A program made the translations under genes and the position numbers. The notes under the pieces are model-generated. The model worked only from the letters and a program-made list of their open reading frames with translations, did no database searches and was not told the origin of the DNA. Shown here piece after piece: positions 56,134 through 64,000 of a stretch of 64,000 bases of DNA. Numbering within the stretch: position 1 is the stretch's first letter; every line of letters begins with the position of its first letter. The stretch is from positions 832,001 through 896,000 of the forward strand of contig CAVQEQ010000004.1 of assembly GCA_963711565.1 (NCBI GenBank), in the 5' to 3' direction. This stretch comes from an uncultured delta proteobacterium. Lineage in GTDB: Bacteria; Desulfobacterota; Binatia; Binatales; Binataceae.

Positions 56134-57048
56134 TTACTGCTGATTTTGTTGGTTCGAGCTGCTGTTAGGGTCCGAGGAGAGCTTACTTTCAGCTAGCGGC
56201 TCGATTTGCAGTTCTACTGACATTAGTTGCATGCCGCCATGACTCCTGTACACGCCGCGCAGTGGCGGGACGTCTGAATAGTCGCGGCCTATGGCTACCC
56301 GGATGTGGCGCTCGTCCACCATGCATCCGTTGGTAGGATCGAAGCCGGTCCATCCCAGACCGGGAAGCTGCGCTTCCAGCCATGCGTGGCTCGCTTGTGC
56401 GCCGACGGTTTCCACGGTGGATTTGGCGGCGGGCGCCAGGTAGCCGGAAACGTAGCGCGTGGGGATGCCGGCGAGGCGCAGCACGCCGATCGTGAGATGG
56501 GCAAAGTCCTGGCATACGCCGCCGCCGACCGAAAGAATCTCGTCGGCGGTCGAGTGCACCTTGGTCATTCCCGGCTCGTAAACGAACTGATCGCGGATGT
56601 AAGCGACGATGCGGTTCGCGTAGGTGGCGACGTCTTCGGATGGATCGGGCTTGGCGAGCCAGAAGAATTTGCGCATCGGCTCGCTGAACGGAACGTGGCG
56701 GCTCGCGTTCAGAAAATCGTACTCGGTCCGATTGCGCACGTGATCCTCGAGCAGGTACTCGCCGAACGGCGTAGGTATCGCGGGCGGCGCCGCCGCGGGC
56801 ACGCGCTCGACCAGAGATTTCGCGGCGACGACTAGAACTGGGTGCGGATCGTGGATCGAAAACCCGTACACGCGATTGCCGTAGTAGTCGTCGTATTCAA
56901 ACGTTGACGCGTTGGGCGTCAGATCCAGATCAAACTCGACGCACCGCTGATTTGCGCCTTCGAGCGGCCGCATGCGCGCCTCGTTGTGCGAATCGTAGGC
57001 GGGCGCCTGGTACTCGAAGCGGGTGGTGTGGCAGATCCGCAGCAGCAT
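56134..57048 (-). CDS. Transglutaminase-like protein
   Basis: GVCQDFAH, RYVSGY, SHAW, GFDPTN, GRDYSDVPP. Confidence 0.95.
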   Translation of the reverse strand: MLLRICHTTRFEYQAPAYDSHNEARMRPLEGANQRCVEFDLDLTPNASTFEYDDYYGNRVYGFSIHDPHPVLVVAAKSLVERVPAAAPPAIPTPFGEYLLEDHVRNRTEYDFLNASRHVPFSEPMRKFFWLAKPDPSEDVATYANRIVAYIRDQFVYEPGMTKVHSTADEILSVGGGVCQDFAHLTIGVLRLAGIPTRYVSGYLAPAAKSTVETVGAQASHAWLEAQLPGLGWTGFDPTNGCMVDERHIRVAIGRDYSDVPPLRGVYRSHGGMQLMSVELQIEPLAESKLSSDPNSSSNQQNQQ

Positions 57049-57057
57049 CGCGTCAAT

Positions 57058-57999
57058 TCAATCGATCCTGAGGTAGCGTTGAAAGACCTCGTCGCCGAGC
57101 GCGGCACATCCATCCTGAATCTGAATGAGAAACTGATGCAAGCCGGATTTGATCACCTCGAGCGATCGCTTCGAGCGCATCAGGGCCAGCAGTTCCTCGA
57201 GCTGCGACGCGGCCGGCGAGGGCTCGGGCGCCTGGCTCTTGATCCGATTGAGCGAAGTCTCAAGCATCGCCAACGCGAATTGCGCCGAACGCGGGAAGGT
57301 CGGATCGAAGAGCAGGATCTCGACGACATTGTCGATTCTGATCGAGTTGCCGAAGCGCTTGCGATAGGCCTCGAGGCCCGACGCGCTGCGCAGCACGGCC
57401 GCCCATTGCAGGATGTCGAGCGAGCCGCCAACGTCTTCCAGCCGCGGCAGCAGGAAGTGGTACTTGACGTCCAGCATCCGCGAAACGTCTTCTGTCCGCT
57501 CGAGCATGATGCCCAGTTGCATGAAGTCGTAGGCGATGTCGCGCGGGATCGTGCTCTGGCGAATGCCGGACAGGCGATAGAAGCTGTCCTTGAGATCGGC
57601 GAAGAAGGCAAACACGCCGGGCGAGACGAAAAGTTCGGGGGTCCATTCCTGCGCGTTCAGGTAGAGCGTGTTGAGGTCGAGCCACAACTCGGACGAGATG
57701 TAGTGCCGCAGCGAGATGGCGTTGTTGCGCGCGGTGTCGATGCAACTGCGAATCGAATTGGGATTGTCGATGTCGAGCGCGAAGAAGTTGAGGATCGAGG
57801 CGTCGTCGGCGGTGGTGTAGGACTCGGCGAATAGCTCGCGTTCGCCGAAAATCGCCAGCAGCGGCGCCCACGGCTGCGCGTCGCGCGGCGGACTCTCGAT
57901 CAGCAGATGGTAGTTGACGTCGAGCAGGCGCGCGCGCCATTCGGCTCGTTCCAGATTGCGAGCGGTCCAGAAAAGATGACTCGCGATACGCCGAAGCAT
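57058..57999 (-). CDS. Alpha-E domain protein (DUF403)
   Basis: MLRRIA..LFW..R.LERAE, ARNNA, LER, FPRS. Confidence 0.93.
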   Translation of the reverse strand: MLRRIASHLFWTARNLERAEWRARLLDVNYHLLIESPPRDAQPWAPLLAIFGERELFAESYTTADDASILNFFALDIDNPNSIRSCIDTARNNAISLRHYISSELWLDLNTLYLNAQEWTPELFVSPGVFAFFADLKDSFYRLSGIRQSTIPRDIAYDFMQLGIMLERTEDVSRMLDVKYHFLLPRLEDVGGSLDILQWAAVLRSASGLEAYRKRFGNSIRIDNVVEILLFDPTFPRSAQFALAMLETSLNRIKSQAPEPSPAASQLEELLALMRSKRSLEVIKSGLHQFLIQIQDGCAALGDEVFQRYLRID

Positions 58000-59489
58000 C
58001 AGGCCTCGAGCACCCAGGTGTCCTTGCTGCCGCCGCCTTGAGATGAATTCACGATCAACGAGCCCTCGCGCAGCGCGACGCGGGTCAGCCCGCCGGCGAG
58101 CACTCGCGGCTTGGCGCCGAGCAGCACGAACGGGCGAAAGTCGATGTGCCGCGGCATCATCTTCATCCCGCTCTCAGAGCCATTGTGAATGATCGTCGGA
58201 TGAACCGAGAGCGCGATGACGGGCTGCGCGATGAAGGCCGACGGATCGTGGACGATTCGCTCGCGCGTCTCCGCGAGTTCCTGTTCGCTGGCCTTGGGCC
58301 CGATGACGACGCCGTAGCCGCCGGACGCGCCGGTGGGCTTGACGACGTACCGCTCGAGATTTTTCAGCACCTGCTCGCGCACTTCGGGGTCGCGCAGCAG
58401 ATAGGTCTCGACGATCGGGAGAATCGGCTCCTCGGCGAGATAGTAGCGAATCATCGCGGGCGTGTAGGCATAAACGGCCTTGTCGTCGGCGACTCCCGTG
58501 CCGATACCGTTGGCGATCGCCGCATTGCCGGCGCGCAGGACGGTGGCGAGGCCGGCAACGCCGAGCAGAGAATCGGGACGGAAGACGAGCGGGTCCAGGA
58601 AGTCGTCGTCGATGCGCCGATAGAGGACGTCAATCTGGCGCAAGCCGTGAACGTCCTTCATGTAGAGCTTGCGATCGACGCATACGAGATCCTGGCCCTC
58701 GACCAATTCGATGCCCATCTGCTGTGAGAGGAAGACATGCTCGAAGAACGCGGAGTTGAACGGCCCCGGCGTGAGCAGCGCGATGGTGGGCTTGGACTTG
58801 CCGGTAGGCGACATCTCCATCAGGCATTGCAGCAGGTCGGCGGGGTAGCGCTCGACGCTGCGCACGCGCGATGAACGCATCAGGGTCGGCACGAGGCGCG
58901 TCATGACGACGCGATTTTCGATCACGTACGACACCCCGCTCGGGGTGCGCGCGTTGTCTTCGAGGACGTAAAAGCGGCCGTCGGCGCCGCGCACGAGATC
59001 GATTCCGGCGACGGTGATGAAGTTGCCAAGCGGCGGCTTGATGCCGACGGCGGCGCGGCGAAACTGTGGACATCCAAGAACGAGATCTCTCGGCACGACG
59101 CCATCGGACAGGACGCAGCCGTCGCCGTAAACATCGGCGACGAACGCATTCAGCGCCCGCACGCGTTGGATCAAGCCGGCCTTGAGCGTCGCCCAGGTCG
59201 CGGCGTCGATTACGCGCGGAATCGGATCGAACGGGAAAATCCGCTCAGAACCGTCGGCCGCGCCGTACACATTAAATGTCACGCCCATGCGGCGGAACAT
59301 CCGGTCGGCGCGCGCGCAGATTTCGGTGAACTGCGCCGGCGGCATAGAGAACAGCGCGTCGATGACGGCCGCGCAGCCGTTTCGTGGCTGGCTGGAAAGA
59401 TCGAGCATTTCGTCGAAAACGCTCGCGTCGGTCTTGTACGCCGCCCAAACGGGCACCGCCTTGCCTGTTTCGGAAACAGTCGATTCCAT
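57999..59489 (-). CDS. Circularly permuted type 2 ATP-grasp protein
   Basis: LEDNARTPSGVSY, RRIDDDFLDP, SGGYG, VNSSQGGGSKDTWV. Confidence 0.95.
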   Translation of the reverse strand: MESTVSETGKAVPVWAAYKTDASVFDEMLDLSSQPRNGCAAVIDALFSMPPAQFTEICARADRMFRRMGVTFNVYGAADGSERIFPFDPIPRVIDAATWATLKAGLIQRVRALNAFVADVYGDGCVLSDGVVPRDLVLGCPQFRRAAVGIKPPLGNFITVAGIDLVRGADGRFYVLEDNARTPSGVSYVIENRVVMTRLVPTLMRSSRVRSVERYPADLLQCLMEMSPTGKSKPTIALLTPGPFNSAFFEHVFLSQQMGIELVEGQDLVCVDRKLYMKDVHGLRQIDVLYRRIDDDFLDPLVFRPDSLLGVAGLATVLRAGNAAIANGIGTGVADDKAVYAYTPAMIRYYLAEEPILPIVETYLLRDPEVREQVLKNLERYVVKPTGASGGYGVVIGPKASEQELAETRERIVHDPSAFIAQPVIALSVHPTIIHNGSESGMKMMPRHIDFRPFVLLGAKPRVLAGGLTRVALREGSLIVNSSQGGGSKDTWVLEA

Positions 59490-59577
59490 CGCAGATCACC
59501 CCTCCGCGCTAACTGGCGCGGAATTCAGCATCGCCGGCACTGTCGGCGTCATTTTAAGAGCAATCGACGGGCCAGAA

Positions 59578-61560
59578 TCAGGCGGGAATCTCGGCGGCGC
59601 TTTGCGCCAGGTAGGCCTGGTAGGCGAGGTCGGTCGCGAGCAGGTGCGCATGTGTGCCGGAGGCGGCAATTGTTCCGCCGTGAACGAAAAAGACGCGGTC
59701 GCACGCGGCAAGCGTGCCCCCGCGATGGGCGACGATGATGACGATTCGATCGCGCGCCAGCGCGGTCAGCGTCTTCAGGAGCTCGGACTCCGAAGCTGGA
59801 TCGAGCGGCGCGGCAGGCTCGTCGAGCACGATGATTTCCGGACGTCGAAGCAGGGCGCGCGCGATCGCGATTCGCTGTTTCTGTCCGACCGACAGTCGCG
59901 CGCCACGCCGGCCGAGAACGGTCGCGTATCCGTCGGGCAGGCGGTCGATAAACTCCGCCGCACCGGCCATCGCGGCCGCCTCGCGAACATCGGCCGGCGA
60001 GGCGCTATCGCTGCCGTAGCGGATGTTGTCTTCGATCGAGGTCGAGAACAGCGACTCATTCTGAAATACGAATCCGACGCGCGCGCGAATCGTGTCGGGC
60101 GCGACGGCGCGCGAGTTGACGCCGTCGAAGGCGATCGTCCCCGCCGACGGTTCGACGAAACGCGGGATCGAGTGGATGAGCGTGGTCTTGCCGCATCCGC
60201 TGGGACCCGCCAGCGCGACCATCTCGCCCGCGCGCATCGACATCGTGACCCCGCTCAGCACGGTGGTGGCGCCGTAGCCGATCGCGACGCCGTCGAATTC
60301 CAGATTGCCGATGCGCGCGCTGAGTCCGTCGCCCCGTCCGTCGCCGACCGGCTCGGGCAGGTTGTCGAGCACGCTATGCACGCGCCGCAGTCCCGCGACC
60401 GACCCCTGCACGGATGCCCAGGTGCTGCCGATGATAGACATCGGGTTCGCCAGCATCGATCCGTAGCTCGCGAGCAGGACGATGTCGCCGAGCGTCATCT
60501 GGCCCGCAATCACCTGCATCATCAGATAGTAAAGCGCGTATCCCACCAGCACACAGCACACGGGCGTCAGCACGATCACAAGCACGAAAATGATCGCGAG
60601 CATGCGCAGCGTCGAGCGGAACGACTGCCAACTGGCGGCGTCGACGACGGCGGTCTCGCGCGCCTCCTGGCCGAACGCCTTGATCAGCTGGACCTGGGCG
60701 ACGCGCTCCTCGAACGCGGCCATCACGTCGCTGCCGCTCTCGTGCATCGACTGGCTCTGATCGCGGAGCGCGCGGCCGAAAAGACTGCTGCCGATCGCGA
60801 TCACCGGCAGAAAGAGAACCGCGACGACGACGATCACCGGCTCGTTGCTGAATTGAAACGAGAGCACGATCATCGCCATCACGAACATGAACACCGACAT
60901 GACTGGCGCGAGCACGCCGCGGTAAAATACCGGGCCGATCGATGCGCTGTCGTACATTACGCGGAAGACGGCGTCGCCGATTTTCTGGTCGGCGTACAGC
61001 GCAAGCGGCGATCGCAAAAACCGCTCGTAGACCGCGGTCCGCAGCGACTGGTTCATCCGCTGCGTGAGATCGATCGTGATGCGCGACTCGAGGTAACCGA
61101 ACAGGCCGTTCCACAGGCTGCCGCCGTCGTTGGCGTCGTTGGCGGTGACGCCGGCCTGGTCGAGGCCGCCGCTGTTCACGTTGGTGCCGAGCGCCTGCGC
61201 CTCGCCATGCACCATTCCGATCAGAATGACGGTCAGCACGAGAAACAACGAAACGGCGACGAGAATCCCGCTCCGGCTGTCGCCCACCATCGGCGTCAAA
61301 ATCGCGCCGGGAACCCCGGTCAGCGGGTGGCCGTCGATGACGTTATCGATGACGATCTTCAGCGGCCACGGCGTCATCAGGAAAAACGTCAGCGAGACGA
61401 AAACCAGCGCACACTTGAGCGCGACGAGCCGGCGATAACGGCTGACGAACGGCCAGCTCTTGACGAGGACGCGCCAGGCCTCGCGCAAGGTGAGCGGCTT
61501 ATGCTCGTCGGCGTACAGAACACTCGCGCGCGAGTCGCGCGGCGCCGCAATGTCAGGCAT
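59578..61560 (-). CDS. ABC exporter, fused TMD-NBD (subunit B)
   Basis: GPSGCGKT, LSVGQKQR, LDEP, AHR. Confidence 0.93.
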   Translation of the reverse strand: MPDIAAPRDSRASVLYADEHKPLTLREAWRVLVKSWPFVSRYRRLVALKCALVFVSLTFFLMTPWPLKIVIDNVIDGHPLTGVPGAILTPMVGDSRSGILVAVSLFLVLTVILIGMVHGEAQALGTNVNSGGLDQAGVTANDANDGGSLWNGLFGYLESRITIDLTQRMNQSLRTAVYERFLRSPLALYADQKIGDAVFRVMYDSASIGPVFYRGVLAPVMSVFMFVMAMIVLSFQFSNEPVIVVVAVLFLPVIAIGSSLFGRALRDQSQSMHESGSDVMAAFEERVAQVQLIKAFGQEARETAVVDAASWQSFRSTLRMLAIIFVLVIVLTPVCCVLVGYALYYLMMQVIAGQMTLGDIVLLASYGSMLANPMSIIGSTWASVQGSVAGLRRVHSVLDNLPEPVGDGRGDGLSARIGNLEFDGVAIGYGATTVLSGVTMSMRAGEMVALAGPSGCGKTTLIHSIPRFVEPSAGTIAFDGVNSRAVAPDTIRARVGFVFQNESLFSTSIEDNIRYGSDSASPADVREAAAMAGAAEFIDRLPDGYATVLGRRGARLSVGQKQRIAIARALLRRPEIIVLDEPAAPLDPASESELLKTLTALARDRIVIIVAHRGGTLAACDRVFFVHGGTIAASGTHAHLLATDLAYQAYLAQSAAEIPA

Positions 61561-63427
61561 TGCTCACCTCGCGAATCGGGACGTCGTTTAGGGCGGCGCC
61601 GTTCGCGGCAACCAGGCGGCCCGCGGCGAGTTGGTAGATTCGGTCGGCGCGCGACGCGGTGGTGCGGCGATGCGTTGCGAGAATCACCATGCGACGGGTG
61701 GGCTGCTCGTTCACCCAGGCGCGCAGGCCGAGCATCACGGCCTCCTCGGAGGCCACATCGAGCGCCGAGGTCGGTTCGTCGAGGAGAAGAATCGGTGCGT
61801 TGCGCAGAATAGCGCGGGCGAGACCGAGGCGCTGCGCTTGTCCGGTAGAAAACTTCGAGCCCTTTTCGCCGAGCATCGTGTCGAGGCCGGCCGGCAGCGA
61901 GCGAACGAAGTCGCCCAGGCCGGCGCGATGAATCGCTTCGGCAACTTCGGCGGTCGATGCGTCCGGGCGGCCGTACGCGACGTTGTCGCGGATGCTCGCC
62001 GTGAACAGCGGATTTTCCTGCAGCGCCACCGAAAGCATCCCGCGCCACGCCGGAAGGTCGAAGCTTTCGATCGGTTCGGCATCGAGCAGAATACGGCCCG
62101 CTGACGGATCGAAGAATCGCACGATGAGCGAGATGATGGTGCTCTTGCCGGAGCCGCTGGGTCCGGCGATTGCGGTAATTTCACCGACACGCGCCTCGAG
62201 GCTCACGCCGGCGAGGACCGGCGAGCGTGGGTCGTAGCCGAAGGTCACGTCGTCGAAGGCGAGCGTGGTGGCGGATGCCGGCGGGATTGCATGGCCGCTG
62301 CTGACGCTATGCTCGGGCGTTTTGCCAAGCATCTCGAGCACGCGCGACATCGCGACGACCACGTCCTGCATGCTGCCCCACAGGTCGGTGAGATTTCGCA
62401 TGCGCGCGCTCACCCTGCCAACCAGCGCGAGCGAACCCTGGAACAGTCCGAGCGACACCGCGACGTACGCGAGACCAGCGGATCCGCCTGCCATCACTTC
62501 TGTCGCGCCGACATACAGCGCGGCAACGTAAGCGAGACCGCGAACCGTATTAGTCACAACGCGATAGCGCGCGAGCATCAGGCGCGCGCGGCGGCCGGCA
62601 AGGAATGCGTTCCAGTTGTCGCGCGCGTAGTTCTCAGATTCGCGCGCTTCGGTGCCGAAAGCTTTGACGGTTCTAATTGACGCGAGCGTTTCCTCGATGC
62701 GCGTGGTCGCGAGCGACGTGGCTTCACGTTCACCGATGAAAGCGGCGCGCAACGAGTTCGCGTACATCCACGCCAATATGAAGTTCGTGGGCAGCAGCAG
62801 CGCCGCAATGAGTGCCAGCCGAGCGTCATAGAAGACCAGGTAGAGCAGCGAGCCGATGGCGGCGGGAATGAAAATGAGCGGCTGAACGATCAGGCCGTCG
62901 ATGACGCTCGGAATCGCGGCGGAGTCCTGGAACATCCGGAAAATCGCGTCACCGATTTTCTCCTCGGAATGAAAGCGGACGCTAAGCTCCTGCATCCGCG
63001 TATAGAGATTGACGCGGAACAGATTGCTGATGCGCTGTAAGATCCAAATCGCGTAGCCGAGCAGGAGTCCGTAAACTATCAGGCCGACGACGGCTGCAAT
63101 TCCTGCGACGACGCACGCATGGATCAGAACGGTGCGCCGATCGGCATGCAGCGGCACGCGGAGCATCCACGCCTGAGCGCGCGTCAAGGCGGCGCCGTGG
63201 CCGACGACGTCGAAGAAAACGCGCGTGAGATTGAGTCCAACTAGTCCGGCAAGGAGCGCCGGCATGATGAGGATGAACAGGTACGCGAGGTGGCGTCGGT
63301 AAGGGCGGACGAACGGCCACACCCGCGCGAGCAGGCGGAAGACGTTGCGCGAACGGAGCCGGCGAGCGTTGGGGAACGCGATCTCGCTGGGAGCCGGGGG
63401 CGCGGTGATTGTCGGTTCGGCGTTCAA
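61553..63427 (-). CDS. ABC exporter, fused TMD-NBD (subunit A)
   Basis: GPSGSGKS, FSTGQ, LDEPTSALD; start uncertain (frame open to 63559). Confidence 0.9.
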   Translation of the reverse strand: MNAEPTITAPPAPSEIAFPNARRLRSRNVFRLLARVWPFVRPYRRHLAYLFILIMPALLAGLVGLNLTRVFFDVVGHGAALTRAQAWMLRVPLHADRRTVLIHACVVAGIAAVVGLIVYGLLLGYAIWILQRISNLFRVNLYTRMQELSVRFHSEEKIGDAIFRMFQDSAAIPSVIDGLIVQPLIFIPAAIGSLLYLVFYDARLALIAALLLPTNFILAWMYANSLRAAFIGEREATSLATTRIEETLASIRTVKAFGTEARESENYARDNWNAFLAGRRARLMLARYRVVTNTVRGLAYVAALYVGATEVMAGGSAGLAYVAVSLGLFQGSLALVGRVSARMRNLTDLWGSMQDVVVAMSRVLEMLGKTPEHSVSSGHAIPPASATTLAFDDVTFGYDPRSPVLAGVSLEARVGEITAIAGPSGSGKSTIISLIVRFFDPSAGRILLDAEPIESFDLPAWRGMLSVALQENPLFTASIRDNVAYGRPDASTAEVAEAIHRAGLGDFVRSLPAGLDTMLGEKGSKFSTGQAQRLGLARAILRNAPILLLDEPTSALDVASEEAVMLGLRAWVNEQPTRRMVILATHRRTTASRADRIYQLAAGRLVAANGAALNDVPIREVSNA

Positions 63428-63580
63428 TCGAATCGCAGTCTTCTGACTCCTCTGTATGCGGAAGGTCGGGGAGTCTCTAAAATCATAACGGCCTGCGGAG
63501 CGGCGGGTAAAGGTACCCGCGCAATACAGTTTGATGGTAACTTCGCGGAATTGCCGCACAGCACTGAAAAGGAGCGCATC

Positions 63581-64000
63581 ATGCCTGCGTTAATCTTCGA
63601 GAAGCGGAACCACGTCGCCTATCTCACGATGAACCGGCCCGAGGTTCACAATTCACTGAATCCGGAAATGCTGGTCAACCTTGCGGCGGCGTGGAAGGAG
63701 ATCGAGGGCGACGACGCGATTCGTGCGACGATCGTGACCGGCGCGGGCAAGGTCGCGTTCTCCGCCGGTGCCGATCTTGGCAAGCTGATTCCGCTGTTCA
63801 CCGGCGCGCGCAAGCCCGAGGACGAATGGGACAACAAGCTGCTCGCGGATCGCAAACTCGGCGACATCGCGTTGCTGCGCGGCTATGACATGGACAAGCC
63901 GGTGATTTCCGCCGTCAACGGATTTTGCATCGCGGGCGGAATGGAATTTATCCAGGGCACAGATCTTCGCGTCGCGGCGGAGAACGCGAGCTTCGGCTTG
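63581..64000 (+). CDS. Enoyl-CoA hydratase/isomerase (3' truncated by window)
   Basis: LTMNRPEVHNSL, FSAGADL, KPVISAVNG.CIAGG.E; AGGAG RBS. Confidence 0.92.
   Translation, partial: MPALIFEKRNHVAYLTMNRPEVHNSLNPEMLVNLAAAWKEIEGDDAIRATIVTGAGKVAFSAGADLGKLIPLFTGARKPEDEWDNKLLADRKLGDIALLRGYDMDKPVISAVNGFCIAGGMEFIQGTDLRVAAENASFGL

Noticed and set aside
59182-61812. 876-aa plus-strand ORF
   Set aside because: Antisense shadow of the ABC exporter genes; no domain motifs

Overview
GC-rich, gene-dense bacterial chromosome segment. Gene content and style suggest a deltaproteobacteria-like soil lineage such as Ca. Binatia; this is inference only. Housekeeping and repair genes include pgeF, uvrB, ssb, rnj, ftsK, lolA, rimO, a DksA/TraR protein, uvrC and comEC, interleaved with many acyl-CoA and redox genes. 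Main points of interest: (1) five tandem glycine-zipper/poly-Pro/OmpA lipoprotein genes, each with its own terminator and four sharing a conserved promoter plus upstream box; (2) an ElbD-type ether-lipid cluster (TetR, HAD, LarA-domain, FAR-ACS-ACP-AT) followed by a dual-specificity phosphatase, a Pcs-like transferase and an unknown fusion protein; (3) a candidate unannotated four-hairpin sRNA with anti-SD/C-rich loops at about 38577-38725 (-); (4) an isobutyryl-CoA-mutase-type B12 enzyme pair; (5) a toxin-antitoxin locus with the toxin deleted, at the end of comEC; (6) a frameshifted secreted glycoside hydrolase; (7) an ATP-grasp/alpha-E/transglutaminase operon behind an ABC exporter pair; (8) at least four unrelated REP-like repeat families. 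No rRNA, tRNA, CRISPR array, transposase or integrase was seen. Many start codons were adjusted by eye from RBS or promoter context.
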